Source: Paraliomyxa miuraensis
GTDB lineage: Bacteria; Myxococcota_A; Polyangia; Nannocystales; Nannocystaceae
Direction of reading: 5' to 3'
Length of the DNA: 64,000 nucleotides
Assembly (NCBI RefSeq): GCF_026337845.1
Contig: NZ_JAOVZF010000146.1
Location: 57,015 to 121,014 of the forward strand
Shown here: positions 9,076 through 20,118 of the stretch, piece by piece
Layout: each line of letters opens with the position of its first letter
Position numbering within the stretch: the stretch's first letter is position 1
Translations under genes and position numbers: made by a program
The notes under the pieces: generated by a model
Seen by the model: only the letters and a program-made list of their open reading frames with translations
The model's database searches: none
Told to the model about the DNA's origin: nothing

Positions 9076-9912
9076 GTGGTCACGAAGGACCGCAAGCCAG
9101 GCCGGCTCCGCCGGGCCCTCAAGACCGTCACCCACAGTGTGGAGTACGCCCGGCACCTTGCTCGGGGCAATCACTTCGCGGGTGACATCTCCTGGACCAA
9201 GCCCGGAAGCCCCCCGGTCGTTCTCGCGCACGGGTTCATGGGCACGCGCGGAACGATGATTCCGCTGACCCAGCGCTTCCAGTCCGACGGTCGAGTGGTG
9301 TTCAGCTACCACCACGGCACGTTCCAGCTGCGGTCGCTGCGGGCCTCCGCCCAGCAGCTGGTCGATCACCTCGGACGACTCGAGCGCGAGCTGGGGGTCG
9401 AGCGGGTCGACGTGGTGGGCTTCAGCATGGGCGGTCTCATTGCCCTGCATGCGCTCAAGTTCCTGCAGGCCCAGCGCTGGATCCGTCGCCTGGCTCTATT
9501 GGGCTCGCCCACCAGCGGCACCTGGGTGGGCCTGGCCGGGGTGGGCACGGTGGGCCTGGTGAGCCCCTCGGTGTGGCAGGTGCTGCCCACCAGTCCCTTC
9601 CTCCGCGACCTTCGCGATGCCCCCATGCCGCCCGGAGTGCGGGTCCGTCAGGTCAGCGCCGCCGAGGATGCCTTCTGCCCGCGACCCGAGCTGCTCGAGG
9701 GCGTGGACGGAGAGCGAGACTACCTGGTGCTGCCCGGCGGACACTCGTCGCTGGTGGTCACGCGGCCGTTCTACAACAAGCTGCGCGAGTTCTTCGACGA
9801 GCCCGAGCCCGAGCCGGCGACGGTGGTGGGCACGGTGTGCAGCAGCGGGCTCGAGTCCATGCCTGCTGCTGCGGCCGAGGGATCGCCGACCGACTCGGGC
9901 GCAGCCGCGTAG
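9076..9912 (+). CDS. Alpha/beta-hydrolase fold lipase/esterase (lipase class 2 / PGAP1-like)
   Basis: VVLAHGFMG oxyanion motif and GFSMGG nucleophile elbow. GTG start without a clear ribosome-binding site. Confidence 0.7.
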   Translation: MVTKDRKPGRLRRALKTVTHSVEYARHLARGNHFAGDISWTKPGSPPVVLAHGFMGTRGTMIPLTQRFQSDGRVVFSYHHGTFQLRSLRASAQQLVDHLGRLERELGVERVDVVGFSMGGLIALHALKFLQAQRWIRRLALLGSPTSGTWVGLAGVGTVGLVSPSVWQVLPTSPFLRDLRDAPMPPGVRVRQVSAAEDAFCPRPELLEGVDGERDYLVLPGGHSSLVVTRPFYNKLREFFDEPEPEPATVVGTVCSSGLESMPAAAAEGSPTDSGAAA

Positions 9913-9970
9913 GTTCACGGCCCGCTCGCAGCACCCGACTCGGGCCGCTGCGACCTGCTCCGCATGCGCG

Positions 9971-10915
9971 CTACATCGGCAGCACGCACGCGCCCACGTT
10001 CTCGTAGCCCGGCGGGGCCAAGCCGGGCTCGTACCACGGCGTGCACACTTGCCCCGGCAGGCATGGCGGCATGAGATCGTCGAGCGCACAGAACGGAGTG
10101 CAACAACCATTCCCCATGCAATCGGGAACGACATCCGCGCTGGCACAGAAATTCCCGCCGTCGCACACGTTGATGTACTCGCACGGATCGCCAGGCTCCC
10201 CCATGTCGCCCGAGGCATCGACCGCGCACATGAATTCGTCGTTGATCGGGTAGCAGGCCCTGCCGTCGTTGCAGTCCTGCAGCAGCGGGTCGCAGTGGGG
10301 CAGGCACAGCGCCAGCACGCCATCGCTGCTCAGCAAGCACGTGGAATTCTCGTCCTCGCAAAACGGGTTCTCCTCCGAGCCCACGCAGAACGCCACACAG
10401 GTGCCTTCGTTGGTGTCCGGGTCCACGTCCCAGCACATCAGGCCGTAGTCGCAGCTGTCGACCCCGCTCACCCCGCTGCCCTCCACCACGCACGCCTCGC
10501 CCAGGCCATCGGGATCTTCGGCCACCGGAGAGCAGCGGGTGGCGTTCCACGAGTTGCCGCCGTCGTTGGCCCACGGCATGCACTTCTCACCTTCGGGGCA
10601 GTCTTGCTCGAAGATTCCGCACTGGTCTCCCCAGTCGAGGTCATCGGGCTGCGGGATGAAGTTGCTCCACGTCTCGTCGCCCGGCGACTCGCCGAAGGTC
10701 TCGCTCGCGGTCGTGCTGGTGGTGGTAATCGTGGTCCCGGCCGTGGTGCCCGGCGACGTGGTGCTCGGCACCGTGGTGCTCGGCGGAGGGATGCTTGTGG
10801 TGCTGCCCTCGTCTCCCGAGCCCGTCTCGTCGTCGAGCTGGACGATGGGACCACAGGCCCCGCCAATCCCCATCGCAATCACGACCACACCCCATCCCCG
10901 AGTCCAGGACCTCAT
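9971..10915 (-). CDS. Cysteine-rich secreted lipoprotein (hypothetical)
   Basis: Signal peptide with lipobox, then a Ser/Thr/Pro-rich linker, then a domain with more than 30 Cys. High GC3. Confidence 0.65.
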   Translation of the reverse strand: MRSWTRGWGVVVIAMGIGGACGPIVQLDDETGSGDEGSTTSIPPPSTTVPSTTSPGTTAGTTITTTSTTASETFGESPGDETWSNFIPQPDDLDWGDQCGIFEQDCPEGEKCMPWANDGGNSWNATRCSPVAEDPDGLGEACVVEGSGVSGVDSCDYGLMCWDVDPDTNEGTCVAFCVGSEENPFCEDENSTCLLSSDGVLALCLPHCDPLLQDCNDGRACYPINDEFMCAVDASGDMGEPGDPCEYINVCDGGNFCASADVVPDCMGNGCCTPFCALDDLMPPCLPGQVCTPWYEPGLAPPGYENVGACVLPM

Positions 10916-11003
10916 GGACTCCGGGATAGCACGACTGGTGTTGGATTGGTTGGGATTATTCGAAAAGAGTGTTTTCGTGAGGGCCAGCTCGCCGGATTCG
11001 CGT

Positions 11004-12584
11004 TCACGTCGGCAGGTACGCCAGCATCAGCCCGTTGGTCAGGTTGGGCGCATCGCAGCTGTACTGGAAGCCGGTGAGCGGGTTCTGCTGCACGCCCGAG
11101 GTGGCCCCGGCTCCGCTGTTGCCCGGGTCGCCCACGCTGATGGTGTCCGGGTAGCAGACCTGGATCGAGCCGTCTTGCTGGAACATGGCCTGGACCCGGA
11201 TGAGGTCGGCGACGCTCCCGCCATAGAACGGCACGTCCCACTGCACCACGAAGCGCTGGTTGGGCGCCGCCCCCAGGGTCTGGTAGCGCACCGCACCGGC
11301 CGAGCTGGGATCGAGATCGGTCCAGAACGGCGCGAGGATGTAGTTGGTGACCGGGCTGAACGTGTCACCCGGCATGCACACGTTGAGGTAGTCGAGGTAG
11401 TCGGTCGAGTTGAAGTAGATCGCACCGTTGGAGGCGATCGTGGCCTGGGTGAACGGCACGCCATAGAACGTGAACGTAAAGCCCATCGGCACGCCGACCT
11501 CGTCGTCGTCGTCGAGGAACGCATTGGTCCCGGAGGCGCTGATGTCGTCGCAGGGCAGCGGCATCGGGTTCAGCGAGATGCCCGTGTAGAAGGCGTCGCT
11601 GCCGAACGGGACCCCGGGGATGTCGCAGCCCGAGAAGTCGAATTGGCAGCCGGGGGTGCACGCCAGCACCCCGCCCATCAGCCCCAGGCTGGCGCAGCTC
11701 GCCCCGCCCAGGTTCATGCCATCGCAGGCCTCGCCGGCGTCGACGATGGCGTTGCCGCACGTGTTGCACCCCGAGATGTCGAAGGCGCTGCAGTCGGCGT
11801 CGCACGCCAGCACGCCGCCCACGTAGCCCTGGCTCACGCACGTCTCCCCGCCGAGGTCGACGCCATCACACGGCTCGATGCCATCGATGAGATCGTTGCC
11901 GCACTGGATGCAGCTGGCCACGTCGTAGGACAGGCAATCGGCGGAGCAGCCCAGCTGGCCGCTCGAGTAGCCCTGGCTCATGCACGTCTGGCCGAGCAGC
12001 ACGATCGAGTCGCAGACCTCGTCGCCATCGACGATGACGTTGCCGCAGGTGCCACAGTCGCTGGTGTCGAGCGCGCTGCAATCGAGCGCGCAGGTGATCG
12101 TGCCGCTGTCGAAGCCCTCGCCCTCGCAGGTGACGCCGCCCACGTCGGCTCCATCGCAGACCTCGCTGCCCTCGACGACCCCGTTGCCGCAGTTGAACAT
12201 CGCGCACGCGCGGGTGTCGTAGCCCGAGCAATCGGCGGCACAGGCCAGCTGCCCCGAGTCGAAGCCCTGGCTCGCGCAGGTCTCCCCGGACAGCTCGTCG
12301 CCATCACAGACCTCGTCGCCATCGAGCATGCCGTTGCCACAGGTCTGCACGTCCGTGGTGCTCGAGTCGGGATCGATCGAGGTCGAGCCGGTCGAGGAGC
12401 TCTCGTCCGCGACGGTGGTCGAGTCGGGATCGACATCGGTGGTGAGCGGCGGAGTGGCGGGACCGGTGCTGCCGTCGTCCGAGCTGCTGCCGTCGACGGG
12501 GACGGGCGGGATGTCGATGCCGGGACAGGCGGTGAGCAGGCCGGCGCCCGCGAGCATGACCAAGGAGAGGGGGCGGCGTGTCAT
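11004..12584 (-). CDS. Lipoprotein with six Cys-rich repeats (CGNG..DG.E.CDG....G.TC.S.G..GG.L.C..DCS.D.S.C) and a C-terminal beta-rich domain
   Basis: Start moved to MTRRPLSLVMLAGAGLLTAC (lipobox). Tandem repeats of about 48 aa are a variant of the Myxococcus cysteine-rich repeat. Confidence 0.75.
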   Translation of the reverse strand: MTRRPLSLVMLAGAGLLTACPGIDIPPVPVDGSSSDDGSTGPATPPLTTDVDPDSTTVADESSSTGSTSIDPDSSTTDVQTCGNGMLDGDEVCDGDELSGETCASQGFDSGQLACAADCSGYDTRACAMFNCGNGVVEGSEVCDGADVGGVTCEGEGFDSGTITCALDCSALDTSDCGTCGNVIVDGDEVCDSIVLLGQTCMSQGYSSGQLGCSADCLSYDVASCIQCGNDLIDGIEPCDGVDLGGETCVSQGYVGGVLACDADCSAFDISGCNTCGNAIVDAGEACDGMNLGGASCASLGLMGGVLACTPGCQFDFSGCDIPGVPFGSDAFYTGISLNPMPLPCDDISASGTNAFLDDDDEVGVPMGFTFTFYGVPFTQATIASNGAIYFNSTDYLDYLNVCMPGDTFSPVTNYILAPFWTDLDPSSAGAVRYQTLGAAPNQRFVVQWDVPFYGGSVADLIRVQAMFQQDGSIQVCYPDTISVGDPGNSGAGATSGVQQNPLTGFQYSCDAPNLTNGLMLAYLPT

Positions 12585-12640
12585 TCGACGACTGTACTTC
12601 CGGGCTCGGGACCATGGCCAGCATCGAGACGCCGTTCCCG

Positions 12641-14059
<1,419 letters not shown>

Positions 14060-14250
14060 CAACGGACCGCGATCGGGCGGCTCTCCGCCCTTGGATGGCG
14101 GCGGCTCGCCCCGCACGGTGGTGCTGCGGTCGGACCAGGTCAGCAGGCAGCGCGACATGGTGTATCACGCACCGTCAGCGGTGCATGATGTACCGTATCA
14201 ACACGGTGCATTGTGCACCATTACCACAAGAAAGCTCAATGATTCCATGG

Positions 14251-14266
14251 TGGCACGGGATCTGCT
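14251..14266 (+). promoter_or_regulatory. Sigma-54 (-24/-12) promoter candidate TGGCACgggatCTGCT upstream of rtcB
   Basis: TGGCAC, then 5 nt, then CTGCT fits the YTGGCACG-N4-TTGCW consensus. It lies between rtcR and rtcB, as expected for an RtcR-controlled promoter. Confidence 0.5.
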
Positions 14267-14281
14267 CTTCCGGGCGGCATC

Positions 14282-15511
14282 ATGGGCACTCCCAGCATCC
14301 ACGCCGCTCCCGAGGTCTCGGTGATCGAGGGTCCCGGCGTTCACATCGAAGTCGACGCGGTCTCGCAGCTGCGTCGAGTCGCCGGCCTTCCGGGGTGCGT
14401 GCGTGCGGTGGGCATGCCCGATCTGCACCCGGGCCCGGGCATCCCCATCGGCATGGTCACCGCCTCGGCCACCCACGTGCATCCCACCCTGGTGGGCAGC
14501 GACGCGGGCTGCGGGGTCACGGCCGTGGTCACGCGGCGCGTGGTGCCGCAGGCCAAGCAGCTGCGGCGCATCGAGCGAGCCACGGTGGATCCCGATCCCT
14601 TGCCGGTCGATTCCCTCGAGGCGCTCGAGGCCGCCTGGCACGGAGGACCACGCGGCTTGGCCAATCTCGCCGGCATGCCCGAGGCGTTCGGCGAGTGGGT
14701 CGCCACGGTGCCATGGGGCGAGCCCCTCGGCCCGAGCGGTCCCATCCCCGAGGCGCTGCACGAGGCTCGCTTCGGCGAGGCGCTCGGCACCACCGGCGGT
14801 GGCAACCACTTCATCGAGCTCGGTCGCGTGGACCAGGTGCTCGACGACGACGCCCTGCCCGGCCTGCGCCGCGGGGCGCACGTGGTGATGGCCCACTCGG
14901 GCTCGCGCGGCCTGGGCTATGCGCTGGTGCAGCGCTGGCAGGAGCGAGCGCTCGGCGAGCCCGAGGAGATCGCCACCTACCTCGGCGAGCTCGCTGGCTG
15001 CTGCCGCTTTGCGCAGGCCAACCGCGCCTTGCTGGTGTGGCGGCTGCTCGAGGCGGTGGGCGCCGCCCGGGTCGATCGCCTCGGCGGCACCCTCGATCTC
15101 GTGCACAACGACGTGCGTCCCGGCGAGAGCCCGCAGGCACCGTGGGTGCACCGCAAGGGGGCCGCCCCCGCCCGTGCGGGCGAGCTGACCATCACCCTGG
15201 GCAGCCGCGGCAGTCCCAGCTGGATCCTCCGCGGTCGCGGCGACCAGGCGCACCTGTGCTCGGTGGCCCATGGTGCGGGTCGACGGATTCCCCGTGCCGA
15301 GGCCAAGGCTCGCCTGTCCCATCGCTACCGACGAAGCGATCTCACCCGCACGCCGCTGGGCGGCCACGTGCTGTGCGACCGCCAGGAGCTGCTGTGGGAG
15401 GAGCACCAAGACGTCTACAAGCCCATCGAGCCGGTGGTGGCGGCTCTCGAGCAGGCCGGGGTGGCCACCCGCGTGGCGGCCCTCGTGCCCCTGGTGACGG
15501 TGAAGCGATGA
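14282..15511 (+). CDS. rtcB: RtcB-family RNA 3'-phosphate ligase (short RtcB2-type, 409 aa)
   Basis: Conserved GGGNHFIEL, HNDV and HGAGR motifs. Translationally coupled (ATGA) to prfH. The annotated ATG is only about 16 nt after the sigma-54 -12 element, so the true start may be the GTG at about 14321 (V14), which has a GAGG 5 nt upstream. Confidence 0.9.
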   Translation: MGTPSIHAAPEVSVIEGPGVHIEVDAVSQLRRVAGLPGCVRAVGMPDLHPGPGIPIGMVTASATHVHPTLVGSDAGCGVTAVVTRRVVPQAKQLRRIERATVDPDPLPVDSLEALEAAWHGGPRGLANLAGMPEAFGEWVATVPWGEPLGPSGPIPEALHEARFGEALGTTGGGNHFIELGRVDQVLDDDALPGLRRGAHVVMAHSGSRGLGYALVQRWQERALGEPEEIATYLGELAGCCRFAQANRALLVWRLLEAVGAARVDRLGGTLDLVHNDVRPGESPQAPWVHRKGAAPARAGELTITLGSRGSPSWILRGRGDQAHLCSVAHGAGRRIPRAEAKARLSHRYRRSDLTRTPLGGHVLCDRQELLWEEHQDVYKPIEPVVAALEQAGVATRVAALVPLVTVKR

Positions 15512-16167
15512 GCACCCTGCACACCCTTCGAATCGGGGCGGGCCGCGGTCCGCGAGAGGCCCGACGCTTCGTGGTCATGCTGACGCAGGCGCTGTGCGAG
15601 CGCCTGCAGGCCAGCGGAGCCCAGGTCGAGGCGATCGAGGCGCACGGCGATCCCAGCGCCCCCGGGCGCGTGCTCGTGCGCGTGCGCGGTGATGGATCCG
15701 GGTTGAACGGCTGGGTGGGCACGCACCAGCTCACCGCCGACCTGCGAGGGCCTCATGCGCGGCGTCGCTGGTTCGCGGCCATCGAGCACGATCGTCCGGA
15801 GGGCTCGGCGCCGATCGTACTGGCACGGTCCGACCTCGAGATCCGCTTCGTACGCTCGCGTGGGCCCGGCGGCCAGAACGTGAACAAGCGATCGACGGCG
15901 GTGCAGATCACCCATCGGCCCACCGGGATCGCGGTGCAGCACGACGCTCACCGCAGCCAGTCCCGCAACCGGGCCGCGGCGCTGCAGGCCCTGCAGCGCG
16001 CGGTCACCCGACACCTCCACGAGGCCCAGGCCTCGACCCGCGCGCTCGAGGCCTGGCAGGCCCGGCGCGACCTGCCCACCCATCGACCCGTGATGCAATG
16101 GCAGCTCGATCCCCATCGGCCGGACACGATCGTTCCACAGACTCAGAAGGCTTCCAATGCGACGTGA
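15508..16167 (+). CDS. prfH: Peptide chain release factor homologue PrfH (RF-H)
   Basis: GGQ motif (RSRGPGGQNVNKRSTAVQITH). About 219 aa, truncated relative to RF1/RF2. ATGA overlap with the rtcB stop. Confidence 0.85.
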   Translation: MSTLHTLRIGAGRGPREARRFVVMLTQALCERLQASGAQVEAIEAHGDPSAPGRVLVRVRGDGSGLNGWVGTHQLTADLRGPHARRRWFAAIEHDRPEGSAPIVLARSDLEIRFVRSRGPGGQNVNKRSTAVQITHRPTGIAVQHDAHRSQSRNRAAALQALQRAVTRHLHEAQASTRALEAWQARRDLPTHRPVMQWQLDPHRPDTIVPQTQKASNAT

Positions 16168-16705
16168 CATGGACAAGGTGCTGTGCGAGCGCCCCCGCGG
16201 AGGCATGCGGGTCAAGCGACGCAGCCGTGCGCGCGGGCGCTCGAGCCTCTCGCGGATCCCCGGTGCACGCATGGCGCTGCTGCCGTGGGAGGACCATCCA
16301 CGATTCGAGCCCATCAGCCGGCATCGCGGCGGTACCAAGTGGCTCGGCGAACACCTGGGCCCGCTGCGTCGCTGGCTGCTCTCGCAGGTGGGTCGGCGCT
16401 GGGACGACGTCTACTCCGAGCTGCGCGCCAACATCAGCCCCAACAACGCAGTTCAGCTCCACATCTGGCAGCACGCCCAGCACTACGTGGCCCGCGCCGT
16501 GGCGCTCGTGGGCGGCAAGCCCCATCACGACCTCGGTGACGATCGAGCGTATCGGCGGGGCCATCCCGTGAGCGCTCGTCAGTGCCCGGTCTATGTTTGC
16601 CCACGAAGTGGGATCGTCCGCCGTACCCCCGTGACCCCCCGCAAGAAGAAGGCCAAGCCGAGCGAGCAAGCGTCGGGAGAGCGCCGCGCGATGATCGTTG
16701 GGTGA
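16157..16705 (+). CDS. Hypothetical Arg-rich protein, possible third gene of the rtcB-prfH operon
   Basis: 182-aa ORF with high GC3 overlapping the prfH stop by 11 nt. No domain recognised. Confidence 0.4.
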   Translation: MRRDMDKVLCERPRGGMRVKRRSRARGRSSLSRIPGARMALLPWEDHPRFEPISRHRGGTKWLGEHLGPLRRWLLSQVGRRWDDVYSELRANISPNNAVQLHIWQHAQHYVARAVALVGGKPHHDLGDDRAYRRGHPVSARQCPVYVCPRSGIVRRTPVTPRKKKAKPSEQASGERRAMIVG

Positions 16706-16762
16706 TCGAGATCATCGCGTGGTGATCGTTCGGGACGATCTCCCGCAGAGCGAGGGGCTTCC

Positions 16763-17011
16763 ATGCCGATCGGTTCGTGCTATTACGCGCGCATGGCACC
16801 TCCTTCCACCGACGAGCTGGGCAAGATCATCTACGAGACCGGTCGGCTCGCCGAGCTCGAGAAGGCCATCGAAGGTGACGACCCGATGGGCGTGGTGGTG
16901 GTCTTGCAGGACGTCGGCGTGAGCAACGAGGTCATCAGCCGCATGCTGCTCGAGCTCGACAAGGAGTACCTGCTGGCCCTGGTCGACGCCGCCCACGCCG
17001 CCAAGGGCTAG
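16763..17011 (+). CDS. Small hypothetical protein (82 aa)
   Basis: GAGGGG 6-11 nt upstream of the ATG, with protein-like codon usage. Confidence 0.35.
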   Translation: MPIGSCYYARMAPPSTDELGKIIYETGRLAELEKAIEGDDPMGVVVVLQDVGVSNEVISRMLLELDKEYLLALVDAAHAAKG

Positions 17012-17892
17012 GACGTGGGCCAGGCCCCCTCGATGAGCTCGGCAAGCTCGCGCGCCGAGGCCGGGCGACGGTGCGGGTCCTTGTGCAGCGCCTGTAGGAT
17101 CACGGCCTCGATGCTCTCGAGGCCTCGGCCGGGCGGCAGGTAGCGCGTGGGTGGAACGACCTCCGAGTTGGTGTGGGCCTGCATCCACGAGATCGGGACC
17201 CGCTTCCACTTGTCCACCACCGCGCTGACCGGCTCGTCGGCGATGAAGGGGGTGTGCCCGGTGATCAGCTCGTAGAAGATCATGCCCAGGCTGTACACGT
17301 CGGCCGCGGGCGTGAGCGTCATGGTTCGCAGCTGCTCGGGCTGGGCGTAGTGGGCGGTGCCCACCAGCATGTGGCTGCCGGTGGCGTCGTGCCCGATGAC
17401 CGAGCTGTCGTCCCATGAGCGGGCCAGGCCGAAGTCGAGCACGCGCACCAGCACGCGCTCGTCCACGAACACGTTGGCCGGCTTGAGGTCGCGGTGAACG
17501 ATTCCCCGATCGTGGGCCTCGCACAGGCCCAGGCAGCACTGGTGGATCACGTGGCAGGACCACGCGGGATCGAGCGGCCGATCGAAGTCGTGCCACTTGT
17601 CGAGGGGAAGCCCCTGCAGCAGCTCCATCAGCACGTAGACGTGGCCGTCGCGACGCAGGCCGCAGTCGTACACGCGCACCGCGTGCGGGTTGGTGAGCGT
17701 TCGCATGATCGCCACCTCTCGCAGCGCACGCTGGGCGGTATCGATCTGGGTGATCGGAGCGAGCGAGACCTTGAGCGCCATCGGCTCGGATGAGCGCGGC
17801 GTCATGACCTTGTAGACGTGACCGAAGCTCCCCGAGCCGATGTGCTCGAGGATCTCGAATGCGCCGTAGCGCTGGCCTGGCTTCATGACCAC
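17008..17892 (-). CDS. Serine/threonine protein kinase (catalytic domain only, 294 aa)
   Basis: GSGSFGHVYK glycine loop, ALK lysine, HRDLKPAN catalytic loop, DFG and APE motifs. Confidence 0.85.
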   Translation of the reverse strand: MVMKPGQRYGAFEILEHIGSGSFGHVYKVMTPRSSEPMALKVSLAPITQIDTAQRALREVAIMRTLTNPHAVRVYDCGLRRDGHVYVLMELLQGLPLDKWHDFDRPLDPAWSCHVIHQCCLGLCEAHDRGIVHRDLKPANVFVDERVLVRVLDFGLARSWDDSSVIGHDATGSHMLVGTAHYAQPEQLRTMTLTPAADVYSLGMIFYELITGHTPFIADEPVSAVVDKWKRVPISWMQAHTNSEVVPPTRYLPPGRGLESIEAVILQALHKDPHRRPASARELAELIEGAWPTS

Positions 17893-18208
17893 GGGCGGAG
17901 CTCGTCCCGCATGATAGTGGCGCGCGCGACGTCGCCCATGAAAGAGGGGCGGCTACTGTCGAGGCCACCCGGGATCCTCGATTTGGCCCCGATTCGGGGC
18001 GGATCGGCCCTCCCGCGGCCCCGGATCGGCAACTCGAGTAGCCACTTTGGTGTCGTCCAGGTGTCGCCGGTGGCCACGGGACTTGCCAGTGAGGGGAGTC
18101 CCACGCCAGATCCCGAGATTTCGACGGATTGGGAGCCCTTCGATCTTGGCACGGGCATCGCATGGGGGCCGCGCATCCTCTGACCGCACGAGCGGGAAGG
18201 AGTCTGTC

Positions 18209-18361
18209 ATGAGCATCTTCACCATTCTCACCTATGCGATGCTGATCCTGGTCGTGGCGACCGGCGTGGCCCAATTGCCCCGAGGCCTGGCCCGGGAGCT
18301 GGGCATCCGCTGGAATCGCCGCCGGTCCGCGCGCCGAATCTCGGCGCAGTCGTCCCGCTAG
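18209..18361 (+). CDS. Small hydrophobic membrane protein (50 aa), hypothetical
   Basis: Strong GGGAAGGAG ribosome-binding site about 8 nt upstream of the ATG. One predicted transmembrane helix, then a basic tail. Confidence 0.3.
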   Translation: MSIFTILTYAMLILVVATGVAQLPRGLARELGIRWNRRRSARRISAQSSR

Positions 18362-19221
18362 CGAATCATCGTCCAGGTCTGCCCGTGCCGGCAGAAGATC
18401 GCCGTGAAGCGGCCGGTCATGCGGGGGTTGCCCTTCACGCCGAGCGCGATCGGTCCCTTGCCGTGCGCGTCGACGAGGTGGGCGAGCTTGCCGAACCCCA
18501 GCAGCTCGAGCGACAGCTCGCCGGGGTCGGGGAACGGCATGGCCTCCACGTCGGGGTCGCCCAGCGTCTGGGCCACCCCGAGCATGCGGTGGGCGGTGGC
18601 CTCGTCGGGCAGGAAGTAGGCGCGCTGCCAGTCCCTGGCCTGCGGGGTGGCGGCGGCCTGCAGCCCGGGCACGTCCTTGGCCTGGATCGCCGACCACAAC
18701 GCACGGGTCTGCGCGAGCACGTCGTCGAAGGTGGCGGGCTCGTGGGTCAGCGTGTCGGCGCCAAGCCAGCTCCACGGGGCGAACGGCGTGGCCAGGACCA
18801 CGGGGATCCGCGCCCGGACCACGTCGCCCGCACCCACCTGCACCACCGGCTCGGCGCGCTCGGGGGTGACCGAGCGCGAGAAGGCGGTGTCGGCCGCGAG
18901 CTCGGACGTGGCGAACACCAGTCGGCCGCGCTCTTGCACCACCGAGCCTCCCGGAGCATCACGCACGCGCAGCACGATGGTGGCCTCGCCCGCCGGGTGG
19001 TGCTCGCCCGTCTTGGCCGAGGGGCGCACCACGGCCCCCAGGTGGTTGTGCCCCGTCACCACGTGCGGGTTGACGTCGAAGCTCGTCTCCACGTGGCCGC
19101 CCGAGACCCGCATCACGGGCACGTCGTTGGCCCGGACCTCGAGGTCGAGGCCGCTGGTGGTCACCGCCACCTCGAACACCGGGGTTCCCGTGCTTCCGAG
19201 CGGGGTCTGGCCGTCCGTCAT
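18358..19221 (-). CDS. Hypothetical protein (287 aa), co-oriented with the SDR gene
   Basis: This is the C-terminal 287 codons of the 944-aa track ORF. Only this part is protein-like (start MTDGQTPLGST... at 19221, 11 nt after the SDR stop). The upstream part is antisense to the Cys-rich gene. Confidence 0.5.
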   Translation of the reverse strand: MTDGQTPLGSTGTPVFEVAVTTSGLDLEVRANDVPVMRVSGGHVETSFDVNPHVVTGHNHLGAVVRPSAKTGEHHPAGEATIVLRVRDAPGGSVVQERGRLVFATSELAADTAFSRSVTPERAEPVVQVGAGDVVRARIPVVLATPFAPWSWLGADTLTHEPATFDDVLAQTRALWSAIQAKDVPGLQAAATPQARDWQRAYFLPDEATAHRMLGVAQTLGDPDVEAMPFPDPGELSLELLGFGKLAHLVDAHGKGPIALGVKGNPRMTGRFTAIFCRHGQTWTMIR

Positions 19222-19232
19222 CGAGCGCGAGT

Positions 19233-20033
19233 CTACCCCATCGAGTCGAGGTTCATGCCCTGGGGAAGGCACGCGCCCCCGTCGGCCACGATCACGGTGC
19301 CCGTGATCAGCGAGGCGGCGTCGGAGGCCAGGAACAGCGCCACGTCGGCGATCTCCTCGATGAGGCCGAACCTGCGCAGGGGGATCGACCGGAGCGCCCG
19401 CTCGCGCTGATCGGCGGGCAGCAGCCGCGCGACGCCCTCGGTGTCGTCGATCGGTCCGGGCGCGATGCCGTTGACCCGCACTCCGGCCGGGCCCCACTCG
19501 AGCGCCATCCCGCGCGTGGTGGCATCGACCGCGGCCTTGGCCGCCGCCGCGTGGACCTGCAGCATCGTGGCTCCGTAGTGCAGGGTGGCCGAGATGTTGA
19601 TGATGCTGCCGCCCGCTTGGCCCAGCGCTCGCTCGAACGCGGCCCGCGAGACGTTGAAGGTCCCGAGCGCGTCGATGTCGAGCACGGTGCGAAAGCCGTT
19701 GCTCGACAGCTGCGCGGCCGGGCACAGGAAGTTGCCGGCCGCGCCATTGACCACGATGTGCAGCTCGCCGGCCCGCTCGAGCAGCCCGTCGACGATGCCC
19801 TCCACGGTTGCGTAGTCGCGCACGTCCCCCGGCAGCGCCCACGCGCGGCCGGGCCCTCGTGCGCTCAGCTCCGCGGCGGCCGCCTCGAGGCGCTCGACCT
19901 TGCGACCCACGATGCCCACGCTCGCGCCATGGGCCACGAACGCGGCGGCAATGCCCTTGCAGATCCCCGAGCCTCCGCCGGTGACGAGCGCAACCTTGCC
20001 GTGGAGGAGATCGGGTCGAAACGTGGTGCTCAT
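19233..20033 (-). CDS. SDR-family NAD(P)-dependent oxidoreductase
   Basis: TGGGSGIG cofactor-binding motif and NGAAG. Typical SDR length of 266 aa. Confidence 0.85.
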   Translation of the reverse strand: MSTTFRPDLLHGKVALVTGGGSGICKGIAAAFVAHGASVGIVGRKVERLEAAAAELSARGPGRAWALPGDVRDYATVEGIVDGLLERAGELHIVVNGAAGNFLCPAAQLSSNGFRTVLDIDALGTFNVSRAAFERALGQAGGSIINISATLHYGATMLQVHAAAAKAAVDATTRGMALEWGPAGVRVNGIAPGPIDDTEGVARLLPADQRERALRSIPLRRFGLIEEIADVALFLASDAASLITGTVIVADGGACLPQGMNLDSMG

Positions 20034-20118
20034 GCGCGCGTGCTCCTGGACCTTCGTCGGGCTCGTCGGCGATCATGCCGGCATCGTGCTTGGATCTCCA
20101 CGCATCGCCTTCGATCAC

